Notes under the pieces: generated by a model | Databases searched by the model: none | The model's input: only the letters and a program-made list of their open reading frames with translations | What the model was told of the DNA's origin: nothing | DNA from: Monocercomonoides exilis PA203 | Lineage: Eukaryota > Protista > Preaxostyla | NCBI GenBank assembly: GCA_001643675.2 | Contig: LSRY02000066.1 | Coordinates: 62,001-126,000, forward strand | Direction: 5' to 3' | Length of the DNA stretch: 64,000 bases | Shown: one piece after another, positions 12,201 through 23,820 of the stretch | How the letters are laid out: every line of letters begins with the position of its first letter | Numbering within the stretch: position 1 is the first letter of the stretch | Made by a program: the position numbers and the translations under genes

Positions 12201-13135
12201 AAGCAGTCTTCGTCTTCGACTTTAAAGAAAAATGGAAACTCCCGATCAGAAAGAACCAACTTCAACAAGAATTCTTTAATTATCAACAGGTTTCTCAATT
12301 CACAATCATCTCTCTTCAAAAAATTAATAATCAACTAATTAAAAGAACATTCAACTTCTTCTCCGACTGCCTCTCAAATGATCACAGATTTGTTATTGAG
12401 TGTCTGGAATCTGTGATCAAAAGACACTTCTTCTCAGACACTCACACTTTTAAGTTCTTCTGCGATTCGGGCCCACACAACCGAAATCGCTTCCTTCTTC
12501 ACTTCATCCTCTCCAAACAATCAAAACTTCTTAAAAAGAAAAATACACAACTCAATTACTTCGCTGAGCACCACGGAAAGAATATATGTGATAGTGAATT
12601 TGGTGCATTAGTTAATTCAATCGACAACAATCTATCAACTGAACACATCACTACACTTCATGACTTAATCAACTTCTTCGAAAACAATATGAATGTTTCA
12701 ACATCTGTTTCATCATCATCACAATTGAATATTTTTGAATCATCCTCATCAAACAACTCCCCATCGTCATCATCTATCAAGGAGTGTGTGCATGAGAGGT
12801 ACTTTGAAGAGTATGTACCATCTCAGCAAATTTCATGGCCATCACTGTCAGTCCCTCACATGAAGGACTATTTATACTTTGAGCGCAAGGGCTCATTTGT
12901 CTGCGCATCTGCTGTTGGATATCTTCCTCAACGCTCTCTGGTTGCCCTCGAATCTTCGACAATGAAAGAAAAGGTTCAACGTTCAAGAAAGTCATTTCAC
13001 TCTGATATCACATCATCTAACTCTTCTCTTCTTTCTCAATCTTCTCAAGATCTTCTTTCAAGAAGATTTGATCTTCTTCTTAACTCTTCATCTTTAAATG
13101 AATCTCAAAATTGTATTAATAGTGTCCCTTTTTAA
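9239..13135 (+). CDS. Sola-like (Sola2/Sola3-type) DDD transposase with an internal USP (peptidase C19) deubiquitinase domain, about 1240 aa, 3 exons
   Basis: Exons 9239-9404, 9506-9736 and 9810-13135 join in frame via GT-AG introns. USP motifs at about 10745-11655: GLINLGNTCYLASLLQCF, QQQNVSEAF, KCFKC/YCEEC, GHYIAVV, WITCNDD, LSFYVK. Transposase motifs at about 11890-12950: KLWKEF...KVSLSHFYKL...RTDLCGMC, VFDFKEKW, FFSDCLSND, FFCDSGPHNRN, NYFAEHHGKNICDSEFG. Confidence 0.85.
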
Positions 13136-13142
13136 GAAACTA

Positions 13143-13274
13143 GTTGTTGTGTATGCTTAGCTAGCACTCTATCGGAAGGGTGCTGGACATGACTGTTCGT
13201 ATTAGATATTGCAGCCTTCGGGCTGCAATATCCGGACCTGGATACGACGAACAGCCTCCCAGGTACACAATAGT
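13143..13274 (+). ncRNA. Candidate structured RNA element directly after the transposase stop codon
   Basis: GC-rich island with a closing stem 13143-53/13264-74 (G-U pairs), hairpin 13161-86, stem 13193-200/13247-54, a perfect 12-bp hairpin with cUUCGg loop 13205-32, and a crossing pair ACCTGG (13236-41)/CCAGGT (13259-64). Confidence 0.55.
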
Positions 13275-14079
13275 TAGAATCCGATTGTTTTCTTACTGTT
13301 TCTGTCCCTATAATGTCCCTATTTGCACTTGGTAATAGTCCCGAAATTTATTTATGTATATCTTAATAGAGATTCATTTTTTGATGGGTGTTATGAAGAG
13401 TTTCAATGATTTTTGGATTAGATTTCAGGAAAGGGGAATAGCTGAGAGTGTGAAGTGATGTTTCATCACTGTGTCTGCCTTTTTTCTCTGTTGAATTTGA
13501 TCTTTTTGAGTTAGGACAAGAGAAATATCAGAAAGGGTGGAGTAGGTAGAAAACAAAGGATAAACAGTCAAGTTTGTTTTTACACCTAAAGTATTTGTAT
13601 TCTTTTGTGTTTTGAATTGACTATGATACCATGTATTTGTTGATATAGTAATGCTTTTTTTTGAATCTTTTATTGTTCATATGAATTGATATTGAATTGA
13701 CTGTCGGGAAATGTTTTAATGATGATATAGTAAAAATATATTCCTTTGAGAGTGATGCAACAAAAAAAGAAACTTATATGTTGCTTTCAATATTTAAGCT
13801 GATTAATACAATGAAGTGCTGTTGTTATTTGTGTGTTATTTTGTTTTTTGATTGTTATCGAATTAACAATGAATTTATTTTTATGTTTTTCTCATCACTG
13901 AATATTCATCAACCGTTGTAGTTACTCAACAATGAAGATATTGATATCAAAACATTTATATATTGAATAGAACAATAATTATAAACATGTTCATTCAAAA
14001 ACAAAACATTTTTAAGTGTTTAATTTTTCAAAGATATTTTTCTCATTTGAAATGAAAATTCAATGAAAAATAAAAAAAC

Positions 14080-14910
14080 ATATTTTCACCATTATTCAAA
14101 CATTAAAAAAATCAAAACTAATTTCTGATGACATGTTTGCATTAACAAAGCAATAATATTCACAAATTAAATGAAACAAAAATAAAAAATTTTGAAAAAT
14201 TTTTGAAATTTTTGATCATAAAAAATACAAATTATTATTAATGGCGCCATTAAGAATACCATGATCTATTTTGCTCAATGTGAATAAATAACGATAATAA
14301 ACATGTCTGATGCTTTTTTTGAAAATCTGTTAGTGGAAAAAGTTGGTAATAATTTGTTTTTTAACATATTTTTTATTTGGGATGAAGTGTTGTGCGAAAT
14401 GAATTGTTTCCCATGCACCGTCTTCGAAGATTTTTCTTATTATTTTACAGTCATTCTATATATTTAATATGTGAGAACGTTTGACTTGTACTGACAAAAG
14501 TGCAAAAAGGTTTGGAACAAATCGTTGTTATTTTTCACAAATACAAGAATTTTGATTTATTTGTTCAGAAACCAGTCTTTCTATTTGACACATCGACTAT
14601 TTTTGCTGGTGCAAACAGAAAGACCATTCAATGTGACTTTGATAATTATTATTCATTTTTAACAAAGTTTGTTTTTATTATCAATTTGCAAAATACTAAA
14701 AAATCAATTTTTTTGCTGCTTTGAATGCATTCTGTAAATTATTATCAATATATCTGATTATTTTTTTATCAGGAAGTGAATCGGAAATATGAAATGTTTC
14801 AAAACAAAAACATTGTGTGAAAGATTGAAAAGTCAAGAAAAGAACTATATAAAGTACTGGATAAGTTCCGCAGACAGAGCAAGAAAGATGAAGAATAGCA
14901 GGGAGTGAAG
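14080..14910 (+). repeat. Repeat R, copy 3
   Basis: 543 bp identical, inverted, to copy 1. ORF-track entries 1522-1722(-) and 14500-14724(+) share their first 47 aa. Confidence 0.95.
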
Positions 14911-17900
14911 AATGGTGAGGGAGATAATGATAAAGCTTAACAGGAAACTGGAAGAGATGAAAACTAAATTGACGGAAATGAAGATGAGCAAGATGATTCT
15001 TGACCTGAAGAGGAGAGAGGAATTGTGAAGAAAGTTCTATTAGAATCGAAAGCAGTAAGCGCAAGAGTGTATAGGAGAAGGGTGGAATGAAGAAGGGTAG
15101 ACGAGAAGAGAATTATTTTATGGAATGAGAACAAAGACATGAAGACAAGCAAGGAGAAGTCTCAATTCAATGACTGCGGGTTGAAAGACAGTGAAAGAAA
15201 GCGGAAACAATTATCTAAGAACTACATGGAATTCTGTTGGACGACTTTAAGGAAGAGCATGAAAAGGAATGGGCATAGGCGTATGGAGACATCTTTGTTC
15301 AACCAGTATTTAAAAATCATTTCGCTTTCAACTGAGAAACAAAGGAAAATGAAGCTGAAATTGATTGAAGCAGCGCAGAGCAGGAAAAGGAAGAGGAGAG
15401 GGAAGATTAGGGTGAACATGGAAAAGAAGCTGGACAAGAGGAGGGAGGAGCATTATTAAGCTCATAAGGTTATGAAGGAGGAAGAGAAAGTGAAAAAAGA
15501 ATTGAACATAAGAATTCTTTTCAAAATTGGAAAAGATGGAACATCAAAAAGAAACGTTGATTGAATGGTCCATTTGGAGATATAAGATAAAAGTTGAACA
15601 TCTTTTGTTATTTATTCTTCAAAGAATAACAATTGCCTTGAAAAGTCGTTTCAGAGGAAGAATTAAAATGTTCAATTGTCAAAAAGCAGGAAGCAGAAGC
15701 AGAAGGGGAGAATGCAACGAGGTCAAACATAAGAGGAAATGAGCAATTATGTATCGAAGACAAGGAGGAAAAAGAGAGATGGAAAAGCGAGCTGAACTGC
15801 AGCATGTCTGAAGCATCAAAATCAGCTTCAAGAAAAAAAAAAGATATTCTCGTGACATTTCTTCAGTAATTTCATCGTCATTATCTTCTTCTTCATCGAG
15901 CAACTTGAAGTTTTTCCGGGATCCAAAGGATGAATCCAAAATGACAGCGAAAGGGAAGAAATGCAGCAAAGATGACATGGTTCCATTCCAAGCAGACGAA
16001 GATTATTTCTTCTTGTTAAAAAACACAACAACAAACAAAGCATTAAGCCCATCTATTTCTCAATCACAGGCATCGTCTTCATCTTCCCCTCAGATTTCTT
16101 CATTGATTTCTCCACAAAGTGCCAGCAAACACACAAAGGTTCCACGAAGCAGCCTTCTTGTGATGATGGAAGGGATAAAGAGGAGGAAAGAGGAGAAGAA
16201 GAACACAGATTTTCTCTTGCTGTTTTTATCGCTGGTACCTGAAATGATACTGACTATGATGCCAGTTGGCGATATTTCGCTTGTAGATGGCAAGTGGTTT
16301 GAGGAGGAAGTGAAAGATGTGGATGTGGTGAGAGGAGTGGAAGAGGAGGAGAACGAAAGGAAGAAGGAGAGAAAGGAGTACTTGTTGAAATCGAAGAAGA
16401 AAACAAACGAAAAACTGAGTTGAATGAAAGAAAGGAAGCTGAGAGAAGAAAAAGAAAGAGAATCATTTAGAATAAACAGATCATCTTTTCACAAACAAAA
16501 TGTCATTACGCAACGTTAGTTGGAATAAATCAGACTCTTCAGTCAACGCTTCAATCAACTGGATCAGCATCCTTCTCTTTTTCTCCTTCCTCCTCTTCCT
16601 TATCATCATCATATCCTTCTTCTCTATCCTGACATATTCCATCTGATTACAATCATATTGATTATGCTTCACATCCTTCAACAGCATCACTTTCACCTCC
16701 TTTTTCAAAGTTATGTATATCTCCATCTTCCTCAAATACCTCAACTTTCACAAGTCAAATATTGTATCCCGTTTCTTCTTCGTCATTGTGCTTTCCTGAG
16801 CTAAAATTGTCGACTATTCCAAGCTTCATCGAACGAACTGAGTTAGAGAAAGCGATACAGACGAAGATGAGAAGATGCAGAAGAATGAGACAGAGAAGCT
16901 GGGAGAGGAGCTGCTGGAAGAAGAGAAGGAAAACTCGGAGAAAGATCGGGAAAAGCTCGAAGACGAGCAAAAGAAGGCGCTGGAGCAGGTTGAGAAGAAG
17001 AAAGAGGCGTTTGTTTCGTATCTGAAAAAGATGAAGATTGAAAGCGAATAAAACTTTAAAAGTGGAGCAAAGCAGAAGAAGGTGTGGATGAAGGAGCATT
17101 TCGAATAGCCTATTGTTGTTTGTGTAATGAAGATGCTGTTAATTTGAGATGATCTATCTTTTGATCGGTAGGCAGTTTATTTTGGAAGCTGTGCAGATGT
17201 GTTTCCTAATAAAAGCTCATTTTTGACTGTGGAAGAAGGATAAGGAAACAATTCAGAAAACTTGTCATTTTCAAAAGAACAACAAAAGAAGAAGAGGAAA
17301 AAAGAAAAGAAAAATGATGAGGAAGTTAGAAACAAAAAAAGGATACGCTGATGATGAAGAAACTTTCGAGTTGATTTTCCTGAGAGAAAAGAAGAAGAAA
17401 GGAGAGAATTGAAGAGAGAAAAAAGATGAACTCTGTTTCAAGTTTCAATGGCGAGATCTGTGATGATAAGATACAAGACGGAGTTTTTTATAATTGTCGA
17501 ACTGGAATATGATTTAAAATATTTTGAGGGAAGAGAGATTGCTGTTGGAGAAAAAGTTGCATAAATTGGGAAGAGCACAAAGAGCGGGTTTAAAGAGGAG
17601 TAGATTTTCTCTTCGAAAACAATGGAGCTTGGAGTTGAGGTTCAGATGCATCTCTGTTGGAGAAAAGAGTCAGGAGATAAAAGCAAGAGATCCGAAAAGG
17701 ATGGAGAAGAGGGAAGACCGTGCAAAAGAGTTTGAATAATGTGAAAAGATGTGACGGAAATTGAGAAATGAACATCAGCGAGCTGGCAGAGGGAAAGCCA
17801 ACAAAAACAAGATTTTTCTAAACAGATCCAATTCGAAAGTTGGAAAGGCAACGCTGGCGGTTGATGTGCAGGACGGCTGTGGAGGTGGGTCCCAGGTGGA

Positions 17901-18433
17901 CAAGCGCGGAGCCGAACTGGCAGATAGAGAAGCATATATTTTGTCAGTAGAATATCAGCTTGGAACAGCAGAAAATGATAAAGTGGAGGCGTGAGGTTGA
18001 AGTTGATGCACAACATTGCAACTCTTCACTCACACCGCTGACAAGCGCAAGCCGGATATCGCCAGACTTATGAGAGCATAATGTTTGTGAAGTTGGTTGA
18101 TTTCAATTCGAATTCTGCTCTGGGTTTGTCGAATACAGCAAATGAGAGAAGCTTAAACACCTCAAAGGGATGAAAGCAAGAGGAATGCGAGTTTGGCAAA
18201 AGTGGATGGAGAATCGATGAGGATAAATGGCTGTGACTAGGATACTGAGGCGAAAGTGCAATGATCCAGATACACACTCCCTTTTTGCTGCCTCAGCAGT
18301 CACATATGAAAGGTGTGATTGGGAAGTTCGTATTGAAAAGGATCATCGAGCTAAAAGTGGATCAGCTGAAAGAGAAACAATGAAAGTGGGACTCAATGAA
18401 CAAGGAATGCGATTCCTCAGAGGTGGATTATAG
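14910..18433. other. Patchwork of decayed coding fragments in both orientations
   Basis: Short protein-like frames with stops and strand switches, e.g. + strand about 16800-17050 AKIVDYSKLHRTN*VRESDTDEDEKMQK...SYLKKMKIESE* and minus strand about 17530-18110. Confidence 0.4.
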
Positions 18434-19064
18434 TTAAGAAAAAAAGCCAGCTGTACATCAAAATATTTTGAAGTATCTGAAACAGAAATATTTGTATTTT
18501 TATTTATTTATTCATTATTATCTTTGTTATTTTTTTCGACAACTTTGATCAATTTATAAAAAGAACTTCTTTAAAATATTATTTGCTTTTATAGAAAAAT
18601 AAACAGCAAATATTTGAATATCTGATGAATATCTAGTTTAACTATTATATTTTTCATTTGTGTTTTTGAAAATTGTTTGTTTTCAACTAAAGTTCTAAGA
18701 TCTTCAAAATAAATATTAAAAGATCTTTGTAATAACTCATAAAACTAATTTTCATATTTAAAAATTATTGATTTCATATTGTTATTATCGTTATCATGTT
18801 TTATTAACGAAAAAGCAAGTATTTTGTTCTGTTTATTTAAGTTTCGATATTTTTGAATAATTTTTTATGTTTTTTTCAAAATATGAAATAAAAACAATTG
18901 GAAACAAATTAAAACCAACAAATAAATTATATTAACAACATATTAATGTATTTTTTCGAATTATTTTACAAAAATAATTTCGATTCAACCCAACCCTTAA
19001 TGAAAAAAATTTATGATCAAACGTCGGAATTTTTTATGATATCAAAAAAAATCACCCATATATC

Positions 19065-19282
19065 GAAATCTCGGTAAAATAGGATTTAGAGTTTCTCCGA
19101 GATTTTAAAAAAATTTTTTCTGAGCACAAATGAAGCTATTTTGAAAGATTTGTATGTTACGTGAGTTTGTATCAATGTGATGTATTTTGAGGAAAATTTA
19201 CTGAATTTTTCCTCTTGCAGTTACTGTGAAATCGGTCATGTCCGGTATTTTGTGCGATGTCCGGTATTTTATGCAATATCTG
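19065..19282. mobile_element. MITE family A, right half
   Basis: Matches the central hairpin and right arm of 49735-50096; ends ...ATCTG followed by TA. Confidence 0.75.
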
Positions 19283-19469
19283 TACGACTGTTAACAATTT
19301 TCTGTGTGGATAATTATTACAATATTATTTACTTTTTTATACGGTTTTCTTGAATTTTTTTTATACAGAAACTTTTTTATTGAACTCATGAAATTAATGA
19401 AATTATTCCTCAAAATATGGGATCGATCAAAATATTTGATCAAAATATTAATTTTGCAATTTTTTCTGA

Positions 19470-20489
19470 ATGCATATTGAGGATCGCAAATTCAAAATTA
19501 GCATCTTTAACGAATTATTCCATAACGCAAATGATACATGGGAATGGTTCAGAAATGAAGTGTTAAATAAAAGATACAAAGAATGCAGAAATTGCCATAA
19601 GGAAATGGTTCTCTATGAACGAAATCCTAATTCCAGACAATGGAGGTGCTTCAGATGCAACAAAACAATAAGCCTGCCATCAAATCTATCAAGAAAAAAT
19701 CAAAAAATAGGAATTGGAAAATTAATGCATATTTTCGTTATCAAATGGATGAATATTTCAATTACGCATACTTCTTCACTTCTTTGTTTGCATAGAAACA
19801 CAGTTGGTTTTTACTATTCACTTGCAACAGCAGCAATGGCACAGAGCGCATCATCATCGTTTCAGCCAATTGGAGGTGAAAATTCAGTTGTCGAAATTGA
19901 CGAAGCAGTTTTGAACAGAAGAAAATATCATAAAGTCAGATGGAAGAAGCAGATCTGGGTATTTGGAGCTGTAGAAAGAACTGAGTATGAAAATCATGGA
20001 AGCTTTTTTATCATCAGAGTACATAATAGAAAAAAAGACACATTGCTTCCAATCATTCATGCAAATATCTTTCCAGGAACGATGATTCACAGTGACGAAT
20101 AGAGAGCGTTCTCATCTCTCAATGATCTCGGTTGTGGCCACAAAACAATATGCCATAAATATCATTTCAAAGACCCAGAAAGCAAAATATGAACCAACAT
20201 GATTGAGGGACTGTGGAGTCAATTTCGAAGAGATTAGCCTCGCACGGGGCTGAAGGAGAAATTCATTGATGATTATATTTCTTCTTTTGTGTTTCAAAAA
20301 AGAAAACAATCAACATTTGTTGAAACTGTGAGAGAAATTTGCCAATATAAAGTGAATGAATATATTGAAGAAGAAAAGGAAGACCACAAAGAAGATGTGC
20401 CAGTTTTAGCTGAACAAAACGAAGAAATTTCTGAGGATTCGATGGAAGTTTGTGATGGAGCGGAGCATTCTGAATATGAACCCGAATAA
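19470..20489 (+). pseudogene. Merlin / IS1595 (ISXO2-like) transposase pseudogene
   Basis: Zn finger CRNC...WRCFRC, IGGENSVVEIDEAVL, RRKYH, WVFGAVER, TLLPII...IFPGTMIHSDE*RAF (W to TAG), HKTICHKYHFKDP, *TNMIEGLWSQFRR, then a frameshifted tail. Confidence 0.9.
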
Positions 20490-20922
20490 AAAACAATTGC
20501 ATTGCTTAAATCATATTTGTGAATAAAAATTTGATTGCATATCAATCTCAAATTGCAAATATTTTGAAAATTTGATTGAAAATTAGAAAAAATTTTTGAT
20601 CAAAAAATAATTACTCAAATATTCAATATTTTTTTTCGAGTTTCCACAAATAACTATAAGAAAAAAACATATGTGCACGACATGTTATCATCATAGCTTC
20701 AACATATGTTAATTTTATTCACTGTAGTATATTGTGCATTAACCCATCATATTAATAAAAGGAACTGATCGGATCACTCTTTTTGATATATTTTATGTTG
20801 GAACATCTAATATATCTGAATAATTTTTATCATGCAAACTTTGGATTGCATTGCAAACGCACGTTGAAACTTTTCTGGCTCTGAAAAAAACAATGATCGA
20901 ATAAGCTGTCGAATATAAAAAA

Positions 20923-21870
20923 TGAATTTTGAAATGGTTTTTTTGGTCTCACTGGTTTTTCATAAAATGAATTCGATATTCTTCTTCAACTTCTCGATCA
21001 AGAAATTACTCCGCATCGAGGTGGAAAAAAATATATCAACAATTTTCAATATCAACTTTTTGTTTTGTCGAATTTTCTTCATTTCAAATCGACAACAATG
21101 ACTTGATTAATAACAAAATCATTTTTCAATTCTCATTCATTGTTATTAAATATGTTCGTAACATTTTCTGCTTAATGAAATAACCACTTTTGGACTCACT
21201 ATTATCTTTTGGAAAATATCGTATCAGAGAAATTCTGGATGTGGGATTAATTGTTGATTGCATTATTCTACCAATAAACAGACCAAGTGGAAAAATAAAA
21301 GTTGGAATGAAGTTTTTCAGTGGAAAGCACCAGACTTATTGTGTTAAAGTGGAAGTGGGCATCAATCCCAAACTTGGAATTCCCAGCACCAAATGTGAAG
21401 TTTTTTCCTGGAAGCACACATGATTATGTTGTTTCAACATCAGTATCCAACGTTTGAAAATAAATTATGAAACGCAAAACTGTTGGCAGACTCAGCTTGC
21501 ATTGGAGCAAAAACATGGTTCGGTGAATGCACCATAAAAACGTAAGGAATCCCTGAGTTATAAAAGAAAGAAGTGATTTTTGAGCAATTTATTGGAATCT
21601 TTAAAACAGTCTTCTCTGTATTTCGACAGCATTATCCATTGAGCATCGAAATGATTGAAAATTTTTATATTGTTGCTGTTTGTTTAACAACATTTCATAT
21701 TTCACAGAATTCTTTGACAGCTTTAGATTTTGAAGCTAATAATATTTTTTTTTGCTGAATTACAAATGGAATATGCAAGAAAGCATAAAGTTAAAAAAGA
21801 AGTTAATTCAAAGGATTTTGAAAAACAAAGAAATAGATTGAATTCATCATCACCGACAACTTCATGTTCT
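20923..21870 (+). pseudogene. PIF/Harbinger/ISL2EU (IS5-like, DDE_Tnp_4) transposase pseudogene
   Basis: Across frameshifts: LTGFS*NEFDILLQLL...HRGGKK...QLFVL (HTH region), LIVDCIILPINRP, FFSGKHQTYCVK, PGSTHD, LADSA, IFEQFIGIFKTVF. Confidence 0.8.
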
Positions 21871-21929
21871 TCAGTATTTCGTAATAACTATTTAGGCTTT
21901 TATTTATTTTGTGATCCTTATTGATGTTT

Positions 21930-22525
21930 TAACTTTGAAAAAACAACATTTTCATCAACAATATACCATTATTAATTAATTCGAGAAGTCTTAATGGAAT
22001 GCTGTGACCCATACTCAAGTGCAACAACACATGAAAAAGATCATGAAAAGAAAAAAAAGATAAAGGTTTGTGAACGAGATGTAAGACAAAGAAAAGAAAA
22101 TAAAGATCAAAGAATAATTGAAAATGATGTCCACGATCATGAAACCACAGACTACACATCTTCATGGCATCTTACCTTCCAATGGAAAGCTGCATGTCTT
22201 CATAGAGCTTCATCATAAACAAATTTTCCAATCACTTTTTGTTCATCTCAATCTTCATCAACACAACCTTCTTCAACTCAAACAACATCTCGATTTTCTT
22301 CGACTCAATTGTCTTTATCTTCACAATTGCTTTCAAATTATATATCTTCATCAATACCCCACGTCCTCCTTCTCTGCTTTAACCAAACTTGTATTTTCTT
22401 TCAAATCTCACTCTTCCTTCTTCTTTTTGCGTATTTCCTCCTCAAAATTGTTTCGAACAATTATCTTTGATTTTCACAGCTTCTTCAGATTCAATTTCCA
22501 CTCGAAGCACAACTTCTTCATCTAA
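21930..22525 (-). pseudogene. Decayed convergent ORF, possibly the second gene of the Harbinger-like element
   Basis: Minus-strand Glu/Lys-rich frame followed by EQKVIGKFVYDEAL*RHAAFHWKVR. It lies tail-to-tail with the DDE_Tnp_4 relic, a layout known for two-gene Harbinger elements. Confidence 0.3.
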
Positions 22526-23527
22526 AAATTAAGGCATGTCTTTTTGAAAAACGAAATAAAAAAGAAGCTAAATATTTTATTATTTATGTATCACAGATTT
22601 GAATTATCATTGAGTTTAATAATCACTATTTATTTTAATAGTTTTTGATTCAATAATTTTTTAAGTATTCGTCATATGATATTTGTTTTGCACATCACTC
22701 ACAAAGAAAACAAAAAAAGTTGCTAAAATTCTTTTTACATTCTTCTTTTTTATTCATCTTTCTATTTTATGTGATTGAGATGAAAAACTATTCCAATTTA
22801 CAAAAGAATGACAATTTAAAAAGGATTAACAAAATTATGTTCAAAAAAAGACAAAAAAGTTATTTTGTGAAATTTGATATGAGAAGAAAATAAAAAAAGA
22901 AAAACAGATGAGATTTATGTTAATGAAATTGTTTAATATTCCATCCTCGTCTTTCTTTTGAAAAAAACAAAAAAGTTTCAAGAATCGAATCAAACATACA
23001 GAAACAAAAAAATTCTTAAAATTACAGTTTTATAAAGAATAAACAAACCTTCTTTTTGATTTTTAATTGTTTATTTATATTTGTTATCATAAATTCTAAA
23101 ATAAAATAAATTGCGGTCAACAAAGCTTTGATCATAAAATTTTATTTTGCTACAGAAAAAAGAAAAGAATATTTCAAAAAAGATTGAGTCATTCTCGATA
23201 AGAAAAAAACATTCACAAAAAAATAAACAATTCGCAAAAGAAATGCATATTCGAGTTCAGGTCTTATGTGTCTTATTTTTATTTTTTGAAGAACAAAGAC
23301 GAATGCATATAATTGATTTATCTTCTTTATTGCAAATCTTTCTCTTTTTCTATGAAACCATATAATTTTTTATTAAATTAATCTTTGTTTCATGTTGATC
23401 TGTCATCTCAACGAAAATAATCGTTTCAAAATAAATTTATCAAAATAATTATCCATTTGATTTTATATGCGTGATTATTTTTAATATCTTCACTTTCTTT
23501 GCGATATTGATAATTGCAAAGTTTTTT

Positions 23528-23820
23528 CAGATTGTGCAAAAAATACAGGGCATCGCAAAAAATACCGGATAAGATAGATTTCACAATATCCACAAAGAAA
23601 TAATTCTTTAATTTCCCTCAAAATAAATCTCATTTCTATTAATTCATTTCATTTTCACTATTTTCAAAACAGCCTCATTTGTGTTTTGAAAAAATTATTT
23701 TGAAATCATGGAGTAATTGGATTTTGAGTAAAATTGACAGAATTATTTCTCTTGTGGATGTTATGAAATCGATCTAATCCGGTATTTATTGTGATGCTTG
23801 ATATTTTTTCCACAATTAGA
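23528..23820. mobile_element. MITE family A, internally deleted copy
   Basis: Left end CAGATTGTGCAAAAAATACAGGGCATCGCAAAAAATACCGGA is the inverse of 19223-19282; partial right arm at 23720-23820. Confidence 0.7.

Noticed and set aside
13139-13186. Helitron-like 3' end on the minus strand (hairpin then CTAG|T)
   Set aside because: The hairpin has mismatches as DNA, the spacing is long, and no Rep/helicase or matching 5' end is visible
13193-13265. Minus-strand HDV-like ribozyme topology and an SRP helix-8-like string (CCAGGTCCGGA...GCAGCC)
   Set aside because: There is no room for P3/L3/P1.1 of the HDV fold, and the SRP GNRA stem is not formed
13300-13345. GTCCC repeats after the transposase as its right TIR, and their similarity to the CTGACCCTA end of the 54-kb foldback
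   Set aside because: No matching inverted copy was found upstream of the gene, and a 9-of-10 match is too short to support
18227-18433. Short ORF ending ...RFLRGGL, resembling a ubiquitin LRGG C-terminus near the DUB genes
   Set aside because: The upstream sequence shows no ubiquitin-fold pattern, and a 4-residue match is expected by chance
19223-23588. Apparent 60-bp TIR pair enclosing the Merlin and Harbinger relics
   Set aside because: Both sequences are ends of separate family A MITE copies whose bodies extend away from the enclosed region, as shown by the full copy at 49735-50096
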